Shown here: positions 50,577-59,568 of the stretch, one piece after another
How the letters are laid out: the number at the start of each line of letters is the position of its first letter
How positions within the stretch are numbered: position 1 is the stretch's first letter
NCBI GenBank assembly: GCA_963819735.1
Contig: CAWFXC010000005.1
Span: 556,460 to 620,459, forward strand
Reading direction: 5' to 3'
DNA: 64,000 nucleotides
Source: an uncultured Actinomycetes bacterium
Lineage (GTDB): Bacteria; Actinomycetota; Acidimicrobiia; IMCC26256; DASPTH01
The notes under the pieces: model-generated
Seen by the model: the letters and a program-made list of their open reading frames with translations, nothing else
Database searches by the model: none
What the model was told of the DNA's origin: nothing
Program-made: the position numbers and the translations under genes

Positions 50577-50699
50577 CTACCCCTCGCGAGGAGCCATGGG
50601 CTCCTCGCAACATGACACCTCGCCGTCGGTGCCCTTCACCACGATGATCTCGGTTTCGCACTGCGCACAGCGCAATCTGGTTCCTGCTGCGGTGGCCAT
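50577..50699 (-). CDS. mini zinc-ribbon-like protein (40 aa, CxxC...CC)
   Basis: MATAAGTRLRCAQCETEIIVVKGTDGEVSCCEEPMAPREG. It is paralogous to the N-terminal extension of ACS1 (RYVCGTCEATVLVTKAGDGALDV). Confidence 0.35.
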   Translation of the reverse strand: MATAAGTRLRCAQCETEIIVVKGTDGEVSCCEEPMAPREG

Positions 50700-50810
50700 G
50701 AGCCGCAGGATACCCAATGACGCATACGTGTCGGGGAGTCGAGATGGACGCGGCCCGTGGGCGGGCACGGGGGTCGGCCTGCGCAGGCCGGTCCGGTAGC
50801 GTCCCCGGGC

Positions 50811-51710
50811 GTGGAAACGGGCGGAGCTGCGGACGTCGTCGAGCCCGAGGTCGTCCACGTCGAGCACGAGGGGCTGCGGATCGGCGCGCTCGACTGGGGC
50901 GGCGACGGCCCGCCGCTGCTCCTCATGCACCCGAACGGCTTCTGCGCCGGTGTGTTCGACCCGCTCGCGCAGCGCCTGCGCGCCGACTACCGCGTGCTCG
51001 GGATCGACGTGCGCGGTCACGGCCTCAGCGATGCCCCCGAGCACAAGGCCGATTGCACGTTCACCCTCGCCGCCGGCGACGTCCTCGCCGTGCTCGACGC
51101 CATGGGCATCCCCGAGGTGCTCGCGCTGGGCGAGTCGCTCGGGGGCGGGGTCACCGTGCTGGTCGACGACCTGCGGCCCGGCACCGTGCGCCGGGCATTG
51201 CTGTGCGAGGCGATCGCCATCGCCGCGCCCGATGGCCGGCCCGGGGCTCCCGTGCTCCCCGGCGGCGGCACCGGCGACAACCCGATGGCCGCGGCCGCCC
51301 GTCGGCGGCGCGCGGTGTGGGCCGACCGGGCGACCGTGCGCGAGTCCTACGGCCGCCGGCCCCCGCTCGACGTGCTCGAGCCGGCCGCGCTCGCCGGGTA
51401 CGTGCGGTGGGGTTTTCGCGACCGGCCCGACGGCCAGGTCGAGCTCTCCTGCCCGCCCGAGGTCGAGGCCTGGTACTTCGAGGGTGGGGTCGACGCCGAC
51501 GGTGGCCCGCGTGCGTTCGCCCACCTGCCGTCGTTCAGTGCTCCGGCCACGGTCGTGTGCGGTGACGGCTCCAACCTCGCGGTCGAGATGTTCCGCGCCC
51601 AGGCCGACGCGCTGGGCGTGCCACTGCTGACCGTGGCCGGCTCCCACTTCTTCCTGCAGGAGGACAGCGACCGGGCCGCCGCGCTCGTCCGCGAGCACCT
51701 GCAGTGGTGA
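50811..51710 (+). CDS. alpha/beta hydrolase fold protein
   Basis: HGLS plus a GESLGG nucleophile motif, and a C-terminal His region. The start is uncertain: GTG at 50757 or 50811. Confidence 0.7.
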   Translation: METGGAADVVEPEVVHVEHEGLRIGALDWGGDGPPLLLMHPNGFCAGVFDPLAQRLRADYRVLGIDVRGHGLSDAPEHKADCTFTLAAGDVLAVLDAMGIPEVLALGESLGGGVTVLVDDLRPGTVRRALLCEAIAIAAPDGRPGAPVLPGGGTGDNPMAAAARRRRAVWADRATVRESYGRRPPLDVLEPAALAGYVRWGFRDRPDGQVELSCPPEVEAWYFEGGVDADGGPRAFAHLPSFSAPATVVCGDGSNLAVEMFRAQADALGVPLLTVAGSHFFLQEDSDRAAALVREHLQW

Positions 51711-51720
51711 CGCGCGCTCG

Positions 51721-53379
51721 CTATTGGCGGGGGCGCACTTCCTGCAGCGCGCGGCGCGCCCATTCGTAGTCGAGCTTGCCCACGGTCGTGCGGCCCACCT
51801 CGTCGGTGAGCACGATGCGGCGCGGCCGTTTGTACCCGGCGAGACGTTCGCCCACCCAGTCCGAAAGCGTGGCCTCGTCGACCTGCTCCGCGCGTGCGAT
51901 GGCGACGACCGCGGCGACGATCTCACCCCACTCGTCGTCGGCCAAGCCCATCACGACCGCGTCGACGACCGCGGGATGCTCCTTCAGCACCTCTTCGACC
52001 TCCTCCGGCCACACCTTCTCGCCCCCGGAATTGATGCAGTTGGAGCCTCGGCCGAGCAGCGTGAGCGTGCCGTCGACCTCGACGGTGGCGAAGTCGCCGG
52101 GTATCGCGTGGAGGACACCGTCGATGGTGCGGAACGTGATCGCGCTGCGTTGCGGATCCTTGTAGTAGCCGATCGCGCACGACTGCCGAACCGCGAGCAC
52201 CCCGGCTTCGCCCGAGCCGGGCACGACGTCGCGGTCGCCGTCGGCGAGCACGCGCGCGTTCGGTCCGAGCTTGAAGCGTGCGGTCTCGCTCTCGCCCGGC
52301 CCGGTCGTGAGCGCGACCCCGAACCCGACCGCTTCGCTCGACCCCAGCGAGTCGTAGATGTGCATCGTGCCGCGCGAGAGCAGCGCGTCCTTCAGCGGCG
52401 CGCTCACCATCGCGCCGGAGTTGTGGATGCGTTGGAGTGACGACAGGTCGTACGGTTCGCCCCGGGCCTCCGCGGCCACGAGCGTCTGCGCGACCCGGCG
52501 CATGAGTACGTCGCCGACGATCTCGAGCACGCTCGGACGCTCGCGTTCGATCGTCGCGCACACGACGTCGCCTGTGATGTGACCGCGTTCGAGGAGCACG
52601 ATGGTGCCGCCGACCGCGAACGCGGTGTTGGCCTGGTGCACGGCGGTGGCGTGCACCAGCGGAGTGGTGAGCAGCGAGATCAGTGGTGTGCCGCGGGCGC
52701 GCCAACGGCGTACGTCGTCGATCAGTTGCGGTACGGAGTCGGCGACGGGCTCGTTCTGCAGCGCGTAGGCCGCGATCAGGCCGTACCCCAAGAGTGTGCC
52801 CTGGTGCCAGAGCACACCCTTCGGGAGGCCGGTGGTGCCACCGGTGTACCAGAGTAGGAAGTCGTCGCCCGAGCGTTCGATGCGCGGCTGCGGCTCGTGA
52901 TCGCGGATGAGCTGCTCGTACGCGACCGCGTCGTCGACCGCCGGGTGTGGATCGAGCGACGCGGAGGTCTCGGCGCTCGGTTCGTCGTCGATCTCGATGA
53001 AGCGGCGGATGCCCGGCATGTGGTCGCGCGCGCCGGCGACGCGCTCGGCCAGGGAGCGGTGGTACACGAGCACTTCGGCGTCGGCGTTGTCGACGAGGAA
53101 CGCGAGCTCCGCGCCGAGGTAGCGGAAGTTGACGTTGGCCGGCACCGCCCGCAGCTTCGAGCAGGCGAACAGGCACTCCATGTACTCGGGGCAGTTGAAC
53201 AGGAACAGCGCAATGTGCGTGCCGGGCCCTGCCCCGTCGGCCGCGAGTGCGCTCGCCAGCCGGGCGGCGCGGTCCTCGGTGGCCCCGTAGGTGACGCGCC
53301 GGTCGCCCTGGACGACGGCGGAGGCGTCGGGGATCGCGTCGGCGACCAACTCCCAGACGCTGGCGAAGCTCTCGTACAC
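51721..53379 (-). CDS. acyl-CoA synthetase / AMP-dependent synthetase-ligase (FadD-like)
   Basis: The 552-aa product has WYTGGTTGLPKGV (AMP motif), YGLTE-like and GRGSNCINSGGEKV motifs, and a C-terminal lysine region. Confidence 0.9.
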   Translation of the reverse strand: MYESFASVWELVADAIPDASAVVQGDRRVTYGATEDRAARLASALAADGAGPGTHIALFLFNCPEYMECLFACSKLRAVPANVNFRYLGAELAFLVDNADAEVLVYHRSLAERVAGARDHMPGIRRFIEIDDEPSAETSASLDPHPAVDDAVAYEQLIRDHEPQPRIERSGDDFLLWYTGGTTGLPKGVLWHQGTLLGYGLIAAYALQNEPVADSVPQLIDDVRRWRARGTPLISLLTTPLVHATAVHQANTAFAVGGTIVLLERGHITGDVVCATIERERPSVLEIVGDVLMRRVAQTLVAAEARGEPYDLSSLQRIHNSGAMVSAPLKDALLSRGTMHIYDSLGSSEAVGFGVALTTGPGESETARFKLGPNARVLADGDRDVVPGSGEAGVLAVRQSCAIGYYKDPQRSAITFRTIDGVLHAIPGDFATVEVDGTLTLLGRGSNCINSGGEKVWPEEVEEVLKEHPAVVDAVVMGLADDEWGEIVAAVVAIARAEQVDEATLSDWVGERLAGYKRPRRIVLTDEVGRTTVGKLDYEWARRALQEVRPRQ

Positions 53380-53399
53380 GGCTCGGGGAGTCTACGAGG

Positions 53400-53445
53400 C
53401 ACCCGAACTTGCGTCGGCAGAGGCCGTATAGGGCCTGTCGCGACG
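53400..53445. repeat. about 45-bp palindromic element, copy B (inverted relative to copy A)
   Basis: cacccgaacttgcgtcggcagaggccgtatagggcctgtcgcgacg is the reverse complement of copy A with 3-4 mismatches. It lies in the 5' leader of ACS2. Confidence 0.6.
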
Positions 53446-53476
53446 CCGGGTGGAGGAAGACTGGAGCGAGCGAGGG

Positions 53477-54319
53477 TCAGGTGGCGCCCATGCCGAGGAG
53501 GCGTTCGCGGGAGACTGCCTTCGACGCGCGCCACAGCGCGAACGTGGCCGCGATCCAGGCCAGGCCGCCGATGGCGAAGGCCACCGCCTGCCCGCGGAAC
53601 AAGGTGCCGCTGGACACGCCGTAGGCGATGATGATCAACGGGAGCGTGGCCAGTGCCGACGCCTGCTGCGCCGCCGCCGCGCTCGAGACGCGTGCCGAGA
53701 TCGCGAGGATCACCGCGAGGGCGAGCGCGATGAAGGGCGGCAAGACCCAGAGCATGAGGATCCACCAGTTGCTCGTCGGGAAGAACCAGCCGCCGAGCTT
53801 GGGGCCGACGATGAGGTTCACGACCAGCGAGTACAGACCGAACCCGACCGCGGCGGTGAAGTAGCCGGGAATGAGGCTGGCCATGAGCTTGCCGAGATAG
53901 ATCTGGCGTTCGGTGGCGGGGGAGTGCGACAGGAACTCGCCGCTCCCGCGCTCGCGTTCGCCGACGATCGTGTGCGCGCCCACCGCCGACGACACGGTCA
54001 GTGGCACGATGATCGCGAGCGGGGCGAAGAGGTACACCGCGAGCGCGTACGACGCGCTCGCCGGTCCCTTCTGCCCGTGCACGTTGGCCTGCAGGTTCTT
54101 GGGGAGGCTGCCGACGACGTCACTCAGCTTGTTGGCGAGGTTGGCGTCCTTGACCGAGCCGAGGATGAGCAACAGGAACGTCGGGATGATCACGAAGAAG
54201 AGCAGGGCGACGACGGTCAGCGGGAGCCAGAAGTCGCGCGCCTGCATGAGCTGACGCAGGTCGGTCCGGGCGATCACCCACGACGGATGCGGTTGCCTCG
54301 ACTTGTCGGCGCGACTCAC
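53477..54319 (-). CDS. ABC-2 family transporter permease
   Basis: GTG at 54319 overlaps the ATPase stop as GTGA. The product has six TMs. The longer ORF has an Arg-rich artefactual extension. Confidence 0.8.
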   Translation of the reverse strand: MSRADKSRQPHPSWVIARTDLRQLMQARDFWLPLTVVALLFFVIIPTFLLLILGSVKDANLANKLSDVVGSLPKNLQANVHGQKGPASASYALAVYLFAPLAIIVPLTVSSAVGAHTIVGERERGSGEFLSHSPATERQIYLGKLMASLIPGYFTAAVGFGLYSLVVNLIVGPKLGGWFFPTSNWWILMLWVLPPFIALALAVILAISARVSSAAAAQQASALATLPLIIIAYGVSSGTLFRGQAVAFAIGGLAWIAATFALWRASKAVSRERLLGMGAT

Positions 54320-55257
54320 CGGTTCTCCTTGCGGATCGCGAAGTACAGCTCTTCGAGGCTCGGAGCCTGCGGTTCGACGCGCGTCAACCGGGCGCCGGCG
54401 CCGACGAGGGCGTCGACGAGATCGGGAACGTCGGTCTCGTGTTCGAGGTCGACGAGGGCGACGCCGTTGCGTTCGTACGCGCGGACGAACGGCAGCCCGC
54501 GAGCCGAGTCGAGCAGCGCGGGGTCGTCGGCATCGAGGACGACGCGCACCGCGGGCCAGTACTGCCGCGTGAGCTCCTTCGGCGAGCCGGAGACGATCGC
54601 CTGACCGTGATCCATCACGACGACCTGGTCGGCGAGACCCTCGGCCTCGAGCAGCAGGTGCGTGCACATGAGGACGGTCTTGCCGCCCTCGGCCATCTCG
54701 TCGATGAGACCGAGGACGGTGCGCGCCGACTCGGGGTCGAGGCCGGCGGTGGGTTCGTCGAGCAGGAGGAGATCGGGTTCGTGGAGCACGGCGCGGGCGA
54801 GGGCGAGCCGGGCCCGCATGCCGGTGGAGTAGCCGCCGACCCGCTGGCCGAGCGCGTCGGAGATGCCGAACCGGTCGGCGGCCTCGGCGATCCGGGCGTC
54901 GGTGAGGCGGGGTTCCACCCGGAACAGCTGGGCGGCGTAGAGGAGGTTGTCGATGCCCGACAAGCGGTCGTAGAGCGCGGGCCGGGCGGGCACCACGCCG
55001 CAGCGGGTGCGGATCTCGGTGCCCTCGGCGGGGACCTCGGGATCGAGCCCGAGGGTGCGCACGGTGCCCCCGTGCGGATGCAGGGCGCCGGTCACGAGCC
55101 GCACGACCGTGGTCTTCCCGGCGCCGTTCGGGCCGAGCAGCACGGTCACGGTGCCGCGCGGTACCTCGAGGGTGAGATCGTCGACCGCGAGCACGTCGCC
55201 GAAGGCGCGGCGCACGCCTCCGAGCGCGACTGCCGGAGCGCCGGAATCCAATGGCAT
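54316..55257 (-). CDS. ABC transporter ATP-binding protein
   Basis: Walker A (GPNGAGKTT), signature (YSTGMRARL), Walker B (LLLLDEPTAGLD). The start is taken at the internal ATG 55257 because the longer ORF would run through the tRNA-Cys gene. Confidence 0.85.
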   Translation of the reverse strand: MPLDSGAPAVALGGVRRAFGDVLAVDDLTLEVPRGTVTVLLGPNGAGKTTVVRLVTGALHPHGGTVRTLGLDPEVPAEGTEIRTRCGVVPARPALYDRLSGIDNLLYAAQLFRVEPRLTDARIAEAADRFGISDALGQRVGGYSTGMRARLALARAVLHEPDLLLLDEPTAGLDPESARTVLGLIDEMAEGGKTVLMCTHLLLEAEGLADQVVVMDHGQAIVSGSPKELTRQYWPAVRVVLDADDPALLDSARGLPFVRAYERNGVALVDLEHETDVPDLVDALVGAGARLTRVEPQAPSLEELYFAIRKENR

Positions 55258-55329
55258 ACCGGTGTTTCGGCGCGGGAGCACGCGGAGTGAAGGGCTAACC
55301 TCGGCCCTCGCCGTGCGAGAGCACGCGGC

Positions 55330-55404
55330 GGCGGCGTAGCCGAGTGGCTCAGGCAAGGGTCTGCAAAACCCTGGACACGGGTTCGATTCCCGTCGCCGCC
55401 TCCA
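55330..55404 (+). tRNA. tRNA-Cys (anticodon GCA)
   Basis: A manual fold was made. The 7-bp acceptor stem (GGCGGCG/CGCCGCC) closes, U8 and A9 are in place, and the D-stem is short (3 bp plus G.A). The anticodon arm is AGGGT-CUGCAAA-ACCCT with anticodon GCA at 55363-55365. The T-arm is ACGGG-UUCGAUU-CCCGU. Discriminator U73 is the Cys identity element, and a CCA is encoded. Confidence 0.85.
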
Positions 55405-56356
55405 AGAGTTGCAACGGGTCTACGGCGGTGACACTCCCGCCCGTGACCAGCGTGGTCACAGAATGGTCACAGCAGGAAAGCGCGGCGTCGCATGGCTCGA
55501 CGGATCCTCTCGGAGCGCAGTGAAGGCGCATCGCGCGACGACGCGCTTCATGAAGGAACGCCACCGTGGCTACTGGGCACGTTGATCGACTTCGTATCGC
55601 CGTTGCTCGGCTCTCCCGACAACTACGACGACGAGATCGTCGATCTGGAACGCGTTCGAGAGATGGAACGCCGACTGCGGATTCAACTCGGGGACCGAAG
55701 CCCCAAGTACCTACGCAGTGACCTAATCGGCGAACTCTCGGGTGGAGGCGACAGGATGCTGGACGCGGTTGATATGTGCCTTGAGTGGTACAGCGAAGCC
55801 GCGATGCGAGAAGGCAGCCTGCCTCCGTGCGGTCGCGTCACTTGCGGTCGCGCTCGACCAGGCTGGCTCCGTTTGGACGGTTGGGCTGACTGGCAACGAC
55901 GAATTGTGCCTCGAGCGCCGGGTGGATCCCGTGGCGAAGGCGTCGTATAAAGCTGCTGTCGGCGACGGTGACCTCGCGGGGTACTCCTGAACGCGGCGTG
56001 GCATGCCGCGTACGGTCGTGAGTCGTCTGCCAGCGAGGCCTACCGCGAGGCTGTGCGGGCGGTCGAGGCTGCCGTGATTCCCGTGGTTCTTCCCGAACAA
56101 TCCAAAGGCGACCCTCGGCACGGTGATCGTGGCGCTCCGCGAAAGGGTTCCCTCGGCTACCCGACCCAGACCGGTATAGGCGAGGGGGTGACAAATCGTC
56201 GTCGTTGCGGCGGCGAAGATCCCTCAAACCCAACCGACCCGCGGTTGGTCATTTGAGGCGATTGACGTGAGGTTCCTCGAGGCGTTCGCGGAAGGTCAGG
56301 TTGATGGTCGCCACCGTCGGGGTCGAACAAACGAACGGACGCCTTGGAGCGCCAGG

Positions 56357-57040
56357 TCAGCGTCCGACGACGTGAGTCCACGTGTTCATCCAGCCCGAGT
56401 TGATGACGACAATCGCGAGCACGATTCCCGTGATGAGGGTCGCCCCGGTCGCGAGGCGCCGCAACCGCGCTCCGGAGACAGGTTGGGCTCCAGGGCGGGC
56501 GCGGTAGTCGGCAAGTGCCAGAGCGGGGGTGTCGAGGACGTGCCCGAGTACGTGCACTGTCATCGCGACGAACCAGACGATGAAGCTTGCTTTGTGAAGA
56601 TCGATGAGCCAGCGCGCGGAGCGGCCAGACGCGAGACCCGCGATACCGGTGGCAAGTACTGCGATTGTGCTGAGCACGACAATCGGGCCGTCTACCCGCA
56701 GAGCAGGATGCGGGGCGCCCTTCCGCACGTATGCCGGGTCGCCGATGTAATAGCGCGCGAATCGGTAGCCGACGCTCCCGAGCTTCGTGACAACGAACGC
56801 TGTCGTGGCGATCCCGACGAAGACATGCGCGGTGATCAGGTCATGGATGCGCAGGATGGTTACGCCCTCGGCTGCGAGCAGCGCGAAGAGCGCGGCACCT
56901 GTCGCGGCTGTGAGTCGGGCGTTGCCTTCGACGCCTCCCGCGGCGAGCGCGAGGTCGGCATCGTTCGCGTGGATCACACCGTCGACCACGTGCACCTCCT
57001 CGCGGCGAACTCGCCAACGCGGCGCGCACAATAACGACAC
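56357..57040 (-). CDS. hypothetical polytopic membrane protein
   Basis: The 227-aa product has 4-5 hydrophobic helices (TAATGAALFALLAA..., IVVLSTIAVLATGIAGL, FIVWFVAMTVHVLGHVL, ATLITGIVLAIVVI). It lies inside the islet. The start is uncertain. Confidence 0.4.
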   Translation of the reverse strand: MSLLCAPRWRVRREEVHVVDGVIHANDADLALAAGGVEGNARLTAATGAALFALLAAEGVTILRIHDLITAHVFVGIATTAFVVTKLGSVGYRFARYYIGDPAYVRKGAPHPALRVDGPIVVLSTIAVLATGIAGLASGRSARWLIDLHKASFIVWFVAMTVHVLGHVLDTPALALADYRARPGAQPVSGARLRRLATGATLITGIVLAIVVINSGWMNTWTHVVGR

Positions 57041-57242
57041 GCGGGCGAGCGGAGGCGCTGGTGGGAGCGTTCTTAGAAAGTTCTTACCTCATGCCGGATT
57101 TGTGCCTGGCCCTCGCTCACAGAACGAGGCCGCGTTGGTCGAGTTGCTCGGAGCTCAGGCGTGGCGGCCGAGTTACAGCGTCGCTGCGCTAAACGCGGAA
57201 CACGCAGAACGACTGTCGCTCGGCGCAACGCTCGACCGGCGT

Positions 57243-57467
57243 TCATCGTTGTCGAAGCCGCCTGATCGAGGTTTCGTTATGCGCCTCGTCGGCGCTGCGC
57301 CCAGCGACCTTCGCGCTGACGGCGCCGCCCACAACCCCGAACGCGAACGTCCACAGCCACACCGGTACCGCCCAGAGCACCGCGCCGACGATCACGAGCG
57401 CGATCAGACCAAGCACAACCAGGGAGACCAGCATCAACCCAGACGACTTCTTCGTTGCTCGACTCAT
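57243..57467 (-). CDS. small membrane protein (74 aa, 2 TM)
   Basis: Its start overlaps the stop of the upstream small ORF (TGATG). Hydrophobic helices: LMLVSLVVLGLIALVIVGAVLW and VWLWTFAFGVVGGAV. Confidence 0.35.
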   Translation of the reverse strand: MSRATKKSSGLMLVSLVVLGLIALVIVGAVLWAVPVWLWTFAFGVVGGAVSAKVAGRSADEAHNETSIRRLRQR

Positions 57468-57679
57468 CAGTCCGCGCTGATAGCCCGGTGGTTCCTCGCG
57501 CCGACAAGCACCATCGTGAGTCCAAAGGCGACGAACACGGTCCCGGCGATGCCATCGCCTTCAGCCAGCGCAATCGCGGTGCCGATCGAAGCAAGCAGCG
57601 CGCCGACCGCGGGCCCGACCACGGGCCAGCGTTCGGGCCACTCCATGGATCGGTCGGTGATAGGCGCGCTCGGGCTCAT
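57467..57679 (-). CDS. small membrane protein (70 aa, 2 TM)
   Basis: Coupled to the 57243..57467 ORF. It is divergent from the large membrane protein gene. Confidence 0.35.
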   Translation of the reverse strand: MSPSAPITDRSMEWPERWPVVGPAVGALLASIGTAIALAEGDGIAGTVFVAFGLTMVLVGARNHRAISAD

Positions 57680-57753
57680 GAGACGACTCTGCCGTGCTCT
57701 CGATGAGGCACAGATGAACGGCTCGGGCGAGTCACTCGACCCTTACCTGGTTC

Positions 57754-59379
57754 TTGATTTGGGGCGCGATTGTGCGGGGAATGGCCGCCTCGGCGCCCGT
57801 ACTCGCCGTCCACCCGCCGCGCCGCTCGGCGCCGCACATTCCATGGCGCACGTTCATCGTCATCGCGCTCGCGGCCAGCGGCGTCGCCGTCGTGTGGCGG
57901 GTCGGTTGGCGAGGCTCTGACGTCCCGGCTCAGCTGTATCGGCTCGAGATATTCCGGACGTCCGGCTTCGCGATTTGGGACAACCACTGGTACGCGGGCC
58001 ACTACCTCTTGTCCTATTCGGCGCTGTTTCCGCCACTCGGCGCAACGATCGGCATGTACGGCACGGCCGCGCTCGCGGCAGTGACGGCCGCCTGGGCGGT
58101 GGAGCGTCTGCTCGGCGATGTGCTCGGAACCCGATCGCTCCTCGCGGCTGGAGCGTTCGCACTCGCGCTCATGGTGCCGGTTGCGATCGGTCAGCTTCCG
58201 TTCTTGTGCGGCGAAGCAGCGGGTCTCGTCGCGCTCGTGTCGCTCCGCCGCCACCACCGGCTGCTCGCGCTGATCTTCGCAGCGTGTTGCCCTTTATTCA
58301 GCCCGGTCAGCGGTGTCTTCCTCCTCATCGCCATCGCGGCAATCGCGATTGCCGAGTGCGGCGCGACCCGTTGGTTTGCCGTACAGGTCGGGGCGATGGT
58401 GGCGCTTCCCCTGGTCATCGCGATGGTGGCGTTTCCGGATCCCGGCACCTTCCCGTTCCCCGTTGGCGATCTCATCACGACGCTTGGGGTTGTCGCCGCG
58501 CTCTGGTGGATCGCCCCCCATGAGTGGCGGGCGTTGCGCGTCGGGATCTTCCTCTACGGGCTGCTCGCGATCGCCGACTTCACCATGCCGAACGCACTGG
58601 GAGGTAACTACCAGCGTCTCGCGTTGGCGATGAGCCCGGCCCTCGCTCTCGCGTTCGCGACACTGCCACGACGGCGCTGGGTCGTGCTCCTCGCGCTACC
58701 GCTGCTCGTTTGGCAATGGAGCCCCGCCCTCCCCGCGATCTCAGCCACCGCGAGCGCACCGACCAGCCAAGCGTCCTACTACCAGCCGCTCGTCGCCTAC
58801 CTCGAGGCGCAACCCACGGTGGGCCGCGTCGAGATCCCCTTCACCCAAGCTCACTGGGAAACGGCCTACGTCGCCCCGAAGGTACCGCTCGCTCGCGGAT
58901 GGGAGCGCCAACTCGACGTGGCCGACAACCCCATCTTCTACGCGGCGACACCACTCACCGCGACCTCATACGAACGGTGGCTCGTCGACCAGGGCGTGAG
59001 TTGGGTCGCGCTCCCTGACGCCCCGCTCGACTATTCGTCGCGTGCCGAAGGCACACTGCTACGCACCGGGACGATCTCCGACCTTCATGAGGTCTGGCAC
59101 AACGCCCACTGGACCGTCTGGCAAGTCAGAAACTCACCGGGGATCGTGTCGCCGCCGACGCGCCTCGTCTCACTCGGAACCTCGAAGTTCGTGATCGTCG
59201 CGCCGGCTGCCGGGCGAATCACCATTCGGATCCATTACACCAGCGCATGGAACATCACATCCGGCGACGCATGCGTCGAAGGCACCAACGCTGGCTGGAC
59301 AGGACTGATCGTGAACAAGCCGGGACGCATCGCGGTCAGCGCCGCGCTCTTGAGCGCATCCACCTGCCCGTCACCGTGA
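57754..59379 (+). CDS. large integral membrane protein (about 10 TM) with C-terminal extracytoplasmic domain; glycosyltransferase-like topology
   Basis: The 541-aa product has multiple TMs in the first 330 aa, followed by a soluble beta-rich C-terminal domain. No named family was recognised. Confidence 0.65.
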   Translation: MIWGAIVRGMAASAPVLAVHPPRRSAPHIPWRTFIVIALAASGVAVVWRVGWRGSDVPAQLYRLEIFRTSGFAIWDNHWYAGHYLLSYSALFPPLGATIGMYGTAALAAVTAAWAVERLLGDVLGTRSLLAAGAFALALMVPVAIGQLPFLCGEAAGLVALVSLRRHHRLLALIFAACCPLFSPVSGVFLLIAIAAIAIAECGATRWFAVQVGAMVALPLVIAMVAFPDPGTFPFPVGDLITTLGVVAALWWIAPHEWRALRVGIFLYGLLAIADFTMPNALGGNYQRLALAMSPALALAFATLPRRRWVVLLALPLLVWQWSPALPAISATASAPTSQASYYQPLVAYLEAQPTVGRVEIPFTQAHWETAYVAPKVPLARGWERQLDVADNPIFYAATPLTATSYERWLVDQGVSWVALPDAPLDYSSRAEGTLLRTGTISDLHEVWHNAHWTVWQVRNSPGIVSPPTRLVSLGTSKFVIVAPAAGRITIRIHYTSAWNITSGDACVEGTNAGWTGLIVNKPGRIAVSAALLSASTCPSP

Positions 59380-59568
59380 CAGGACACGCGCGCGATCATC
59401 GGATCCGACAGCCCAACCGCGAGGCGACCACTCCGAACGCGTGGCTGCCCATCCCGCGCACCACGTCGAGTACAGAACGCGCGCACCTAACGTTCGCCGA
59501 GGGGCCACCGCGGGCCGCGCGTAACGGCACATCACTTGCGTGGTGGTGATCGCGTTGGTCGAACCGGT

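Larger units (their letters stand above)
55405..57750. other. low-GC islet (about 50-60% GC against about 72% background) immediately 3' of tRNA-Cys, with fragmented or short ORFs; possible remnant of an integrated element
   Basis: AT-rich stretches such as cgtataaagctgctgtc and gttcttagaaagttcttacctcatgcc are present. The plus-strand ORFs at 55492-55950, 55742-55990 and 56053-56256 look like one gene broken across frames. No integrase was found. Confidence 0.4.

Noticed and set aside
55258-55356. ABC ATPase start at 55356 as in the ORF table
   Set aside because: It would overlap the tRNA-Cys gene (55330-55404) on the opposite strand by 27 bp. The conserved N-terminus of the ATPase begins after the internal ATG at 55257.
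55405-57750. Integrase or recombinase adjacent to tRNA-Cys
   Set aside because: No ORF in the islet has tyrosine- or serine-recombinase motifs. No direct repeat of the tRNA 3' end was found by eye. It is kept only as a possible decayed island.
56787-57920. 377-aa plus-strand ORF 56787..57920
   Set aside because: Extreme Ala/Ser/Arg/Pro composition. It overlaps the minus-strand membrane ORFs and the start of the 57754 gene and is judged an artefact.
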